Positions 9,383 through 19,122 of a stretch of DNA of 64,000 nt are shown here, one piece after another. This DNA is from Vallitalea sp. (GTDB taxonomy: Bacteria > Bacillota > Clostridia > Lachnospirales > Vallitaleaceae): the NCBI RefSeq assembly GCF_025211055.1, contig NZ_JAOARO010000068.1, positions 3,095 through 67,094 on the forward strand, written 5' to 3'. Each line of letters begins with the position of its first letter. The stretch's first letter is position 1. The notes under the pieces are model-generated. The model searched no databases and had not been told where the DNA came from. It saw nothing but the letters and a program-made list of their open reading frames with translations. Both the position numbers and the translations under genes were made by a program.

Positions 9383-10087
9383 TTGAAACGAGACAGGCGA
9401 ATCAATGCATTATTACTTTTTTTGAAATTATTTTCCATTTTTAATGTTGTGCTTATTGCTATTATTATAAGCCACTATTGGGGAAAAATTACACCAGAAG
9501 ATATTTTTAATTATGTTCCTGATAATTACTTATTAGCTGCTATTACTATTATAGGGTTATTTTTGATTAAATCACTTAGCGTGGTATTACCTTTGATGGC
9601 TCTTTACATTAGTTCAGGAATGATATTTTCGCCGTTGTGGGGTATTATTGTTAATCTGATTGGATTGTTTATTAGTTTGACAATACCTTATTTGTTAGGT
9701 AGATTTTGTGGAAAGGGTTTATTAGATAGATTATTAGTGAAATATAAAAACATAGAGAAGCTTAAGACAATTAAGAGTAAGAATGAATGGTTTTTATCAT
9801 ATATATTGCGTATGATTGGTATTCTACCAGGAGATATAGTTAGTATGTCACTAGGAGCTATGAATATTAATTATAATAAATATATAGTGGGTTCAATAGT
9901 GGGATTATTGCCTAGAATGGTAGTAGCTACATGTCTAGGTTCAACCATAACAGATCCTACCTCACCAGTATTTATACTGTCGTGCGTAATTACGGTTGTG
10001 TTAACTGGAGGGTCAATGTTCTTGCATCAGAGATTTATGAAAAAAGAAGATGGTAGAAATAATGCTAAAGTAATAACCAGATTATAA
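9383..10087 (+). CDS. TVP38/TMEM64 (VTT domain, DedA superfamily) integral membrane protein
   Basis: TTG start 7 nt after GGGAGG. Multi-pass membrane protein with the SNARE-associated/VTT-like segment LRMIGILPGDIVSMSLGAMNINYNKYIVGSIVGLLPR. Confidence 0.7.
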   Translation: MKRDRRINALLLFLKLFSIFNVVLIAIIISHYWGKITPEDIFNYVPDNYLLAAITIIGLFLIKSLSVVLPLMALYISSGMIFSPLWGIIVNLIGLFISLTIPYLLGRFCGKGLLDRLLVKYKNIEKLKTIKSKNEWFLSYILRMIGILPGDIVSMSLGAMNINYNKYIVGSIVGLLPRMVVATCLGSTITDPTSPVFILSCVITVVLTGGSMFLHQRFMKKEDGRNNAKVITRL

Positions 10088-10273
10088 TTAGCCAAAAAAG
10101 GAGTTTAACTTAATAAGATAATTAAGTTTGCTTCTTTTTTTTTACCTAATATTACTTAAGTACAAAAATTCTCTTTATGATATTTAATTATTATGTTAAT
10201 ATTAAGAGTAATGAGTACTAAGAAAATGGTATATTCCAAACATCTTTTGGCAAGTAACGAGTATTGGGGGAAT

Positions 10274-11365
10274 ATGATGCAAGATAATTATTATAATGAG
10301 GAAAAACTATTATTTGATAACGAAGTAAAAGTAAACTATGGTATAGCAAAAGTTCTATTCTATATTGCTATAACAGTTATTCCATTAGTGATAGTTCTAC
10401 AGTTACTTGGAGTGTTCATATATTACATGGTTGATGCAATAATGGCAATAGTAACTGCTTTTATTCTTTTAATTATGCCTAGAATACTAACAATAGTACA
10501 TGTACATAAAAAGAAGTGGTTTAAGTATATACTATTGATTTTAGTTGTAATGATATTACCATTAATTTATTTAGAATATGATTATATGGTATTGATTTTA
10601 TGGATATTTCCACTATTGATAAGCTGTATGTATTTTTCTAATAAGTTTAATACCATTACGGTAATTTTTGATGTTGTTGTGTTAGGTTTTACAAGTTACT
10701 ATAGATCCTATCAAAGATTACAAAACAATTTGATTTCTAAGCGTATCGGAGGATTGTTCAAAGATTTCATTATAAGCTATATAACTTATGCAATGCTAGT
10801 CATAATATCATATGTTATAATATTTTTATTAACTAAGAAAACCAATGAGTTATTACAGGATGCTATAAAAAAGAAGGAATTTGAAATTCTTTCAATAACT
10901 GATTCAATGACGGGAATGTATAATCATAGATACTTAATGAGTGAATTAGAAAAGAATCAAGAACAATTTCATAATGAGAATATTCCATTTGCTGCTGTTC
11001 TTTTTGATGTGGATCATTTTAAAAGTATCAATGATACATACGGTCATGTTGAAGGTGATTGTGCATTGCAGGCAATAGTTAAATGTCTACAGAAAATAGT
11101 AAGACAAGATGATGTAATAGGTAGGTACGGCGGAGAAGAATTTTTGGTTATCCTATCTAACACTACAGTTAATGAAGCATATATGATAGCTGAAAAATGC
11201 AGACAAGCAGTATCTAGATTAAAGATAGAAAATATTGATAGATATATTACAATAAGTGGTGGTGTGGCTGAGTATAATGGGGAAGACATAAGAGATTATA
11301 TTAGGAGTATGGATGAGAAGATGTATGATGCTAAGAACAATGGAAGAAATATAATAATAGCATAG
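10274..11365 (+). CDS. membrane-anchored diguanylate cyclase (GGDEF domain)
   Basis: About 6 predicted TM helices, then a GGDEF domain with active-site GGEEF and I-site RQDD five residues upstream. ORF opens at 10193; ATG 10274/10277 follow a GGGGG SD. Confidence 0.85.
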   Translation: MMQDNYYNEEKLLFDNEVKVNYGIAKVLFYIAITVIPLVIVLQLLGVFIYYMVDAIMAIVTAFILLIMPRILTIVHVHKKKWFKYILLILVVMILPLIYLEYDYMVLILWIFPLLISCMYFSNKFNTITVIFDVVVLGFTSYYRSYQRLQNNLISKRIGGLFKDFIISYITYAMLVIISYVIIFLLTKKTNELLQDAIKKKEFEILSITDSMTGMYNHRYLMSELEKNQEQFHNENIPFAAVLFDVDHFKSINDTYGHVEGDCALQAIVKCLQKIVRQDDVIGRYGGEEFLVILSNTTVNEAYMIAEKCRQAVSRLKIENIDRYITISGGVAEYNGEDIRDYIRSMDEKMYDAKNNGRNIIIA

Positions 11366-11406
11366 ACTTTAATAAGCTAAAAGAAAAAGTGAGTATTATA
11401 TAATGT

Positions 11407-11444
11407 AAAACACTAGTGTTATGTCGATTCATTAGTGTTTTTTT
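11407..11444 (+). terminator. rho-independent terminator after the diguanylate cyclase gene
   Basis: Stem AAAACACTAGTG (11407-11418) / CATTAGTGTTTT (11430-11441), followed by a T-run. Confidence 0.65.
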
Positions 11445-11578
11445 ATATATAAAAAATGTTTTATAAATTGTTAACTTTAGTAATTAATGATATAATGTTA
11501 TAGGTCTTATTTGTCTCATTAGATAGTAAGATTATTAATAATATACTATAATGATAAGATATATAATAGGAGATAAAG

Positions 11579-12022
11579 ATGAAGTTTAACAAAAAATTAT
11601 TAAATATACCAATTGTTTTAATGATAGTCATTGCAGTACTTTGCTTATTGAATGTTCCGTCAAGAATTAATATGCTGAATGGAATTTCAGGTGCAGAAAA
11701 AATAGGTATAATTAATATAAACTATAATACTGAACAACAAAAAAATGAATATGGTGAAGAGATTTTTGTTACAGATAAACAGGAATTATTTAATATCATC
11801 AATACCATCAATAACGGTAAAATCGATACAGAAGCTACTCCAGACAGGGGTGGGGCAAATTATGAATTAAGATTTTATAAGGATGGTAAAAGTACTAAAG
11901 CAGATTATTGGCAGAATGAAAAATATAATCTAAGTGTTGAAGGGGTTGAGGGAGAAATAATTGTTGATAAAAAGTTGGAACAGATTATAGAAAGAATAAT
12001 TCAAGAAAATAGTAATGAGTAA
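11579..12022 (+). CDS. hypothetical membrane-anchored/secreted protein
   Basis: SD AGGAG upstream. N-terminal hydrophobic anchor IPIVLMIVIAVLCLL. No recognisable domain. Confidence 0.6.
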   Translation: MKFNKKLLNIPIVLMIVIAVLCLLNVPSRINMLNGISGAEKIGIININYNTEQQKNEYGEEIFVTDKQELFNIINTINNGKIDTEATPDRGGANYELRFYKDGKSTKADYWQNEKYNLSVEGVEGEIIVDKKLEQIIERIIQENSNE

Positions 12023-12050
12023 GTTGGTTTTGTTATGGAGGTAAGTTTAA

Positions 12051-13013
12051 ATGAAAAGAACAACTACAATAATTGGTTTATTATTCGCTATTATGCTGAT
12101 GACATCAAATGTTTTTGCTGGGAATACTGAAACACTACAAAATAATTTTGAAGAGAGTGAGGATATATATATTGAACTAAGTGAACCTATTCTTTCAAAA
12201 GCTCGACAATATGTAGACGGACTTATGAATGCTCATTTCGACCAGGTATTTGCTTATTCTAATGAGGGATTTATGTTGTGTTTATATGAAACTCTTTATG
12301 AAGATTCGGATAAATACTTAAATGAAGGCAAAGTTGTTAGTAGTGAAGGTGAACAGATTCCATTTTGGGATCCACATCAGGAGAGAATGCTTAGAATTGA
12401 TAGGTTAGTTAAAGATGGTTATATAATGGAAGATGAGCTTACTATAGAAATAGATAGAAAAGTGATAGCTTCAATACTTTATCGTATTTATAAAGATAAA
12501 ATACCCTTCAAAGGTTCTGTTGATTATCCAGATACGGAAGATATAGCTCTTAGATGGGCAGGTGAAGTTGGATTACCAACGTTTGCAGTTAATACAGGAT
12601 TGAAGATTAATCCTGAGGATTCTATTAAGAGTGATGAAAATTTTAGCCTTTTATACTATCCAAATGATTATCTGAAAATCATTACTTATGCGTACTTAAT
12701 GTTTCCTAATCCTTATTCTGGTAATTATGTGGACTTAGAATTTATTAAGGAAGATGTTAAGGATATAAAAGCTGAAAAAGTTAAGGAATTAATCACGTTG
12801 ACAAGGAAAGAAGTAATGAAACCCAGATTAGGAGATTTTCCACGTGATGTGTTGAATAATGAGAATATAGGAACTAGAGTTGATTCTTATCAAAAAACTA
12901 AGTCACATGAAACTCTCAAGAAATTATATCAAATTCTAAAGGACAGTTTTAATCTATTTGAATATCAAGATAATATTGGTTACTTACGCTACAAATTTAG
13001 TGTATGTAAATAA
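12051..13013 (+). CDS. hypothetical secreted protein
   Basis: SD GGAGG upstream. Signal peptide MKRTTTIIGLLFAIMLMTSNVFA. No recognisable domain. Confidence 0.6.
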   Translation: MKRTTTIIGLLFAIMLMTSNVFAGNTETLQNNFEESEDIYIELSEPILSKARQYVDGLMNAHFDQVFAYSNEGFMLCLYETLYEDSDKYLNEGKVVSSEGEQIPFWDPHQERMLRIDRLVKDGYIMEDELTIEIDRKVIASILYRIYKDKIPFKGSVDYPDTEDIALRWAGEVGLPTFAVNTGLKINPEDSIKSDENFSLLYYPNDYLKIITYAYLMFPNPYSGNYVDLEFIKEDVKDIKAEKVKELITLTRKEVMKPRLGDFPRDVLNNENIGTRVDSYQKTKSHETLKKLYQILKDSFNLFEYQDNIGYLRYKFSVCK

Positions 13014-13091
13014 ATCAAATATATTATCTTATGAAAAATTGTTCTTAGTATCTATTTATAAATTAGCATGTAATAATATTTGGAGGAAAAA

Positions 13092-13712
13092 ATGACAAGA
13101 TTATACTTAACAAGACATGGAGAAACCGAATGGAATCTTATTAAAAAAGTTCAAGGCAGTAGAGATTCCAATTTAACACAAAAAGGCATTATACAAGCAA
13201 CAAAACTAGGTAAATATCTAGAGAACACTGATATTGATGTGATTTATTCAAGTTCCAGTGGTAGAGCCTATAATACTGCAAAAATAATAGCTGGTAATAG
13301 GAATATAGAAGTAATTAAGATGGATGGCTTGAAGGAAATGAACTTGGGTATCTGGGAAGGTAAAACTTTTGAAGTGATAAAAGAAGACAATGAAGAGATG
13401 TATGATACTTTTTGGAACAAGCCTCACTTAGTAAAAGAGTTTCCAGGAGAAAGCTTCAGTGAATTTGAAAAAAGGGTTGTAGGAACAGTATTGGATATCG
13501 CTGAGAGCAATAAAGGGAAAGATATTTTAATAGTTGCTCATGCTCTAGTACTAAAAGTTGTTATGAGCTTTTTTGAGAATAGACCATTGGAAAAATTGTT
13601 TGAGGATCATTTCATGTATTCAACTTGTCTTAATGAAGTTGAGATACTAGATGGTGAGTATAAAATAGTAAAATATAATCAAACAGATCATTATGATATT
13701 GAAGTTGGTTAA
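13092..13712 (+). CDS. histidine phosphatase family protein (phosphoglycerate mutase-like)
   Basis: RHG motif LYLTRHGETEWN and downstream catalytic His (LIVAHALV). ATG 13092 lies 5 nt after GGAGG; the track's 13080 start is a TTG inside the SD. Confidence 0.85.
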   Translation: MTRLYLTRHGETEWNLIKKVQGSRDSNLTQKGIIQATKLGKYLENTDIDVIYSSSSGRAYNTAKIIAGNRNIEVIKMDGLKEMNLGIWEGKTFEVIKEDNEEMYDTFWNKPHLVKEFPGESFSEFEKRVVGTVLDIAESNKGKDILIVAHALVLKVVMSFFENRPLEKLFEDHFMYSTCLNEVEILDGEYKIVKYNQTDHYDIEVG

Positions 13713-13837
13713 GTAAGTTTTATAATTATAAAAAGCATTTTGGAGATAATAATAAGTATATATGTTGAATAAATAATTGCAATAGAGACAGTGATTATTC
13801 AGCTATTCAACTAATAGCTTATACCAAGGAGGTTACT

Positions 13838-15487
13838 ATGAAATCGTTAAGAACAATTTTGACAGTAGTATTTAGTTTCGCTGTAGTTGCAGCTGTTATT
13901 CTATATACACAAATCAAGAAAATAGCTAGTTCAAATAATCAATCAAAAAAACAAGTAGATAAACAAGAAAAAGATATAAAGACAACAGCAAAAAGACCTC
14001 TTGATTTTTCAGCATTTGAATCGGATCTTAATAAATTAGGAGACCAAAGATACAAAGAGATTGAAAAATCATTGATTGAATCAGATATTAAATCTATACA
14101 AAAAAGTATTGAATCAGGAAATCTAACTTATGAAGAACTTGTATTATTTTATATAAAAAGAATTAAGGAAATTGATAATAACAGATTAAATACAGTTTTA
14201 CAACTAAATCCAGATGCTGTAGTAGTAGCCAGAGAAATGGATGAAAAGAAAAATAATGGTGAAAAACTTAGTGATTTGCATGGTATTCCAGTCCTTCTAA
14301 AAGATAATATTGGAACAGGAGATAAACTTACTAATACTGCTGGTGCCAAAGTATTAGAAGATTCTTCATGTGATAGAGATGCTTATATTGTTAAGAAACT
14401 AAGAGAGGCAGGAGCTATAATATTAGGAAAGACTAATCTAAGTGAATGGGCTAATTTTATGAGTATTGATTCATCTAATGGTTATTCTGCACTTGGAGGA
14501 CAAACCCATAATCCTTATGGTAATTATGATGTTGGAGGGTCTAGTTCTGGTTCAGGAGCAGGAGTTTCTGCTAATTTTGCTCCATTAGCTATTGGTACAG
14601 AGACAGCCGGATCAATTATATCTCCTTCTAGTCAAAATAGTGTAGTAGGAATCAAACCTACAGTAGGTCTTTGGAGTAGAGATAGAATTATCCCTCTTGC
14701 TATTGATTTGGATACAGCAGGACCTATTGCGAGAACTGTTGAAGATGCAGCTATGTTACTAGGCGAATTAGTTGGTGAAGATGAGAATGACATTGTTACT
14801 TCTGATGTACCTGAAAAAGAAGATTATACAACATACTTAGATAAAAATGGTTTACAAGGTATGAGTATTGGAATAGTAACTAACAAAGAAGTGACTTCTA
14901 GTTATCGTAATGATGATAGTGATATTATCAATAAAATTAAGGAAGAATTAATTAATCTAGGTGCTGATGTAAAAAATGTTGAATTGGACGATAAAGCTTT
15001 TAGGATAGATGAACATGTAGATATGATGGCTTATGAATATAAAACAGGAGTAGAAGAATATCTGAATGCCATAGGTGACAATGCTCCAGTCAAGACTATA
15101 AAAGAAATAACAGGTTTTAACAAAAGAGATTTAGACAGCAGAGCATATTATGGACAATACTTTATTGAAAAAGCAAGGGATATCAATATTACAGAGGATG
15201 AAAATACAAAAATTTTGTCCCATAATAGATCAAATACTGGTTCTGCAATAGATGAAGCACTAGAAAATGACAAAGTTGACGTTTTAATCTCTCTTAATAA
15301 TTATTTATCAGGGATTTACCCTATAGCAGGTTATCCTGCAATCACAGTACCAGCAGGATATAGAGATTCTGGTGAGCCTATAGGTTTAACAATAACCAGT
15401 ACTAAATTTAGTGAAGGTCTATTAATAAAAGCGGCATATGCTTATGAACAAGGTACTAAGCATAGAATACAGCCTAATATTAAATAG
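13838..15487 (+). CDS. amidase-signature family protein with N-terminal membrane anchor
   Basis: AS-family Gly/Ser-rich signature GGSSSGSGAGVSANFAPLAIGTETAGSI and upstream conserved Lys region (LLKDNIGT). N-terminal TM helix. Confidence 0.85.
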   Translation: MKSLRTILTVVFSFAVVAAVILYTQIKKIASSNNQSKKQVDKQEKDIKTTAKRPLDFSAFESDLNKLGDQRYKEIEKSLIESDIKSIQKSIESGNLTYEELVLFYIKRIKEIDNNRLNTVLQLNPDAVVVAREMDEKKNNGEKLSDLHGIPVLLKDNIGTGDKLTNTAGAKVLEDSSCDRDAYIVKKLREAGAIILGKTNLSEWANFMSIDSSNGYSALGGQTHNPYGNYDVGGSSSGSGAGVSANFAPLAIGTETAGSIISPSSQNSVVGIKPTVGLWSRDRIIPLAIDLDTAGPIARTVEDAAMLLGELVGEDENDIVTSDVPEKEDYTTYLDKNGLQGMSIGIVTNKEVTSSYRNDDSDIINKIKEELINLGADVKNVELDDKAFRIDEHVDMMAYEYKTGVEEYLNAIGDNAPVKTIKEITGFNKRDLDSRAYYGQYFIEKARDINITEDENTKILSHNRSNTGSAIDEALENDKVDVLISLNNYLSGIYPIAGYPAITVPAGYRDSGEPIGLTITSTKFSEGLLIKAAYAYEQGTKHRIQPNIK

Positions 15488-15847
15488 AAATTTGATAAAC
15501 GTTATTTACGAGGATAGACTGTGTTATCAAATCCAAGTGAAGATAATGAAAAGAGAATCTTTGTCAAAATTATAGTAATAGACGAACTAGTTTACTTATA
15601 TTTATACTATTATTCATCGTATTACCTTTACTTATTGTATGGTTGATTGACATTTTAACCATTATATGGTAATCTTAAGAGGGATAGACGTCCGAACATA
15701 TTACTTAATAAAAATCGCATATTAATATACTTATTAAACATATATTTGAAATAAAACCTAACTTTTTTCAACTATATGTTTTTTTATTCTATTGTAAATT
15801 TCTTATATTTGAGTATTATTTAATTTCATTAAAACTTAATTAGGGAG

Positions 15848-16330
15848 GTGGTTTGGATTAAAAAGATTATTATTTGGTTTATAGCTAAGATAATAGGAAG
15901 AGGGTTACAAGCAACAGTCAGAATGGATTACAATGCCCGTGAAGAAATCATTAAATGGAAAGATGGTTATACAATTGTAATCGACACTTATAAGAATGGA
16001 CCTAAAATCTGTTTTGTCAAGCAGGGAAACAGTTTATTAAAAAAGAAATATCAGGATGATATGAAAACTGATATTAGAATAATCTTCAAATATACCAATA
16101 TAGTATATGAAATATTTACAGGACAGATTGGGCTTGACAAGGCATATGCCCAGAATAGAATGATCGTGAAGGGAGATATATTTCAAACACTAAAAATAGT
16201 TAGAATGTTTTATATATGTGAATGTTATTTGTTTCCAAAATTCATTTGGAAAAAGATTATTACCGAGAAACCTAAATTGACTTCTAATACATTTAACATA
16301 TATATGGCTACAATATTCGGGTTAAAATAA
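15848..16330 (+). CDS. SCP2 (sterol-carrier-protein-2)-like domain protein
   Basis: Segment IFTGQIGLDKAYAQNRMIVKGDIFQTLKIV resembles the SCP2 C-terminal helix pattern (GKLdpqkAFfsGrLkikGn). Start uncertain because the GTG overlaps the SD (see findings). Confidence 0.5.
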   Translation: MVWIKKIIIWFIAKIIGRGLQATVRMDYNAREEIIKWKDGYTIVIDTYKNGPKICFVKQGNSLLKKKYQDDMKTDIRIIFKYTNIVYEIFTGQIGLDKAYAQNRMIVKGDIFQTLKIVRMFYICECYLFPKFIWKKIITEKPKLTSNTFNIYMATIFGLK

Positions 16331-16348
16331 GGAAGGAGGAGAGACAAT

Positions 16349-17530
16349 ATGAATTCAGAGTATTTTGAATATCAAAACCGTGGGAAACTACTTTCAGGGA
16401 AAAATGCTATTGATCATATAGCTTATGAACTTAATAATATGATGTGTAAGAAACCGCTTATTATTACTGATAAGATGCTAGTTAAATTTGGTCATGTAAA
16501 TATATTATTGAAAGCGTTAAAAGAAGGGGATATAGATAAGCCACTTATATATGATGATGTACCAGCTGACTCTAGTGTTGAAGTGTGTAATGCTATTGCT
16601 AGTATATATAGAGATAATGAATGTGATTGCTTAATAGCATTAGGAGGAGGTTCGGTTCTAGATACTTCCAAAGGAGTTAATTTAACACTATCGTCGGGAG
16701 CAGATAATTTATTAGATATAATGGGACTTGGGATTATACAAAGAAAAACTGTACCGTCGATTATGATACCAACTACTTCAGGAACAGGTTCAGAAGCAAC
16801 TTTAGTAGCAGTAATAGCTGATAAATTACAAAATGTAAAAATGGAATTTATCTCATATAATTTAGTACCAGATGTAGCTATATTAGACCCAAGAATGACA
16901 TTGACACTACCACCAAAATTAACAGCGGCAACTGGATTTGATGCTTTAGTTCATGCTATTGAGGCTTATACATGTAAACAAAAGAATCCAATCAGTGATG
17001 TATTTGCTATAAGAGCTATAAAATTCATATGCGACTATCTAATAAAAGGAGTGGTGGATGGTAAAGATGAAGATGCTAGACTTGCTTTAGCTAACGCATC
17101 ATATATGGCTGGTACAGCTTTTTCTAATTCTATGGTGGGTATTGTTCATGCTATTGGTCATGCACTTGGTGGAGTTTGTCATGTGCCTCATGGATATGCA
17201 ATGTCTATTTTACTTCCTTACTGTATGGAATATAATTATGATGCTGTTGGAAATTTATATGGGGAACTTCTACATCATTTTATAGGGATAGAAGAAGCAG
17301 CTGTAATCCCAAGAAGTGAACGTGGGATAAGATGCATTGAAGAAATCAGAGAAATGTTGAATAAGTTAAATGAAGTAAGTGGATTACCCATTCGCCTTAG
17401 AGATGTAAAAGTTTCAAAAGATGACTTTAAGAAAATAGTTGAAAATGCCATCAATGATGGAGCAGCTATAGTTAATTATAGAAATGTAAGTAAAGAAGCT
17501 GTTCTTGCCATATTAAATAAAGCTTATTAG
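16349..17530 (+). CDS. iron-containing (group III) alcohol dehydrogenase family protein
   Basis: GGGS(V/I)LD motif (ALGGGSVLDTSKG) and metal-binding His cluster (DALVHAIE, VHAIGHALGGVCHVPHG). Confidence 0.88.
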   Translation: MNSEYFEYQNRGKLLSGKNAIDHIAYELNNMMCKKPLIITDKMLVKFGHVNILLKALKEGDIDKPLIYDDVPADSSVEVCNAIASIYRDNECDCLIALGGGSVLDTSKGVNLTLSSGADNLLDIMGLGIIQRKTVPSIMIPTTSGTGSEATLVAVIADKLQNVKMEFISYNLVPDVAILDPRMTLTLPPKLTAATGFDALVHAIEAYTCKQKNPISDVFAIRAIKFICDYLIKGVVDGKDEDARLALANASYMAGTAFSNSMVGIVHAIGHALGGVCHVPHGYAMSILLPYCMEYNYDAVGNLYGELLHHFIGIEEAAVIPRSERGIRCIEEIREMLNKLNEVSGLPIRLRDVKVSKDDFKKIVENAINDGAAIVNYRNVSKEAVLAILNKAY

Positions 17531-17664
17531 GTTATTTCCATAATTTTATTTGGTTGTCTATTTCACCTTTTGTTTTTTACTGCATTGTAGTATAATAATG
17601 AATTAACAAATGATTTATATTAATTATTAATAATTATTTACTATAAATAGAAAAGGTGATTAAA

Positions 17665-18591
17665 ATGCCAATTAAAGTTGATAATAACTTACCAGCAAAA
17701 CAAGTTCTAAAGCAAGAAAATATATTTGTAATGGATGAAGATAGAGCTATGCGACAAGATATACGTCCTTTACAGATTGCTATACTTAATTTGATGCCAT
17801 TAAAACAGGCTACAGAGACTCAGCTATTACGTTTACTCAGTAACACACCTTTACAGGTTGAGATTACGCTATTGCATCCTGAGTCATATGAGTCTAAAAA
17901 TACATCTAAGGAACATTTATTAAGTTTTTATACAATATTTAAGGAGATAAGACATAGGAAATTTGATGGTATGATAATAACAGGAGCACCTGTAGAACAT
18001 ATGGATTATGAACAAGTTGGATATTGGGATGAGTTAAAAGAGATTATGGAATGGACTAAAACTAATGTTACATCAACTTTTCACATATGTTGGGGAGCAC
18101 AAGCAGGATTATATTATCATTATGGAGTCAATAAACATATGCTTTCTAATAAAATGTTTGGTATATTTGAACATAATGTGTTAAAGCCTAACTATAAATT
18201 ATTACGAGGTTTCAATGATAGTTTTTTTGTTCCCCATTCAAGACATACAGGAATTAATAGAGAGGATATCATTAATAATCCTGAACTAGAACTTTTATCA
18301 GAATCCAATGAGGCAGGAGTATATATTGTTATGTCCAAGGATGCTAAACAGATATTTGTTACTGGACATTCAGAATACGATCCTCTTACTTTAAAACAAG
18401 AATATTTTAGAGATAAGGAAAAAGGTATGGACGTGAAGTTACCTAAGAACTATTTTCCTTACGATGATGAAAATCAGTATCCTAAGGTATCTTGGAGAGC
18501 ACATGCTCATCTTATATATTCAAACTGGTTGAATTATTATGTATATCAGCAAACACCATACCTTATGGATGAAATTGGTGAGGAAAGCTAG
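17665..18591 (+). CDS. metA: homoserine O-acyltransferase MetA (acetyl/succinyl)
   Basis: [12 protein letters not shown]-terminus, [17 protein letters not shown] and [15 protein letters not shown] motifs. ATG 17665 follows an AAAGGTGA SD. Confidence 0.92.
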   Translation: MPIKVDNNLPAKQVLKQENIFVMDEDRAMRQDIRPLQIAILNLMPLKQATETQLLRLLSNTPLQVEITLLHPESYESKNTSKEHLLSFYTIFKEIRHRKFDGMIITGAPVEHMDYEQVGYWDELKEIMEWTKTNVTSTFHICWGAQAGLYYHYGVNKHMLSNKMFGIFEHNVLKPNYKLLRGFNDSFFVPHSRHTGINREDIINNPELELLSESNEAGVYIVMSKDAKQIFVTGHSEYDPLTLKQEYFRDKEKGMDVKLPKNYFPYDDENQYPKVSWRAHAHLIYSNWLNYYVYQQTPYLMDEIGEES

Positions 18592-18649
18592 GTTTTACGG
18601 GAATTATATTTGATAAAAATGATATGTAGTGATAAAATTAAAATAAAAA

Positions 18650-18917
18650 ATAAAGGCGAAGAAGAGAAGGAGTAAATATACTTGTATTATTAAGAGAGAA
18701 GATGGGTACTGCGAATCTTCACAATCAATATATTGAAGTAGTCTCAGAGCCTTGAACCGAAATAATAGTAGGCTTCAACGGAAATCCACCGTTATCATAG
18801 GATAGAGTATCGGTAATATAAGTTGCCTGTACTTGATGAGTGTAGAGATTATCTCTGAATTTAGGTGGTACCACGGATTAAGAATTCGCCCTAAGCTATT
18901 AAAGCTTAGGGTTTTTT
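18650..18917 (+). promoter_or_regulatory. T-box riboswitch leader (probable Val specifier) with terminator; no intact downstream gene
   Basis: Stem I elements (GAAGAGAAGGAGTA, AGAGAGA, GGTACTGCGAA). Specifier region GAAGUAGUC (18735-18743). T-box AATTTAGGTGGTACCACGG (18858-18876). Terminator CCCTAAGCT/AGCTTAGGG (18889-18911) plus T6. Confidence 0.8.
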
Positions 18918-18932
18918 AATGCAATCTTATAA

Positions 18933-19106
18933 GATGAAAATGGAGTAGTTAATATATCACCTAGAAAATAAAGTGAAATATTAGGTGTTAGTAAATCTTC
19001 TGTAAGTAGGAGTCTTAGAAAACTTGAAGATAATGGTGAAATTTACATAAGGAGTAGATATACAAGTGATGGTTGCAGATTGGTAAATGAGTATATAGTG
19101 AGATGA
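18933..19106 (+). pseudogene. decayed HTH (replication-initiator / winged-helix-like) gene fragment
   Basis: Frame reads DENGVVNISPRK*SEILGVSKSSVSRSLRKLEDNGEIYIRSRYTSDGCRLVNEYIVR, with an in-frame TAA and no start codon. Confidence 0.45.
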
Positions 19107-19122
19107 AGTGGTTAAGGAGGTT

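Noticed and set aside
15521-15646. 41-aa GTG ORF with a Tyr/Leu-rich tail (…VYLYLYYYSSYYLYLLYG) in the 360-nt gap after the amidase gene.
   Set aside because: The composition is driven by TTA/TAT repeats. It has a weak SD and no recognisable features, so it is treated as non-coding spacer.
17531-17664. Looked for a SAM riboswitch or Met T-box upstream of metA. Also looked for a preQ1 riboswitch upstream of tgt (33461-33593) and a purine riboswitch upstream of apt (42989-43236).
   Set aside because: None of the conserved cores for these classes is present; the regions look like plain AT-rich promoters.
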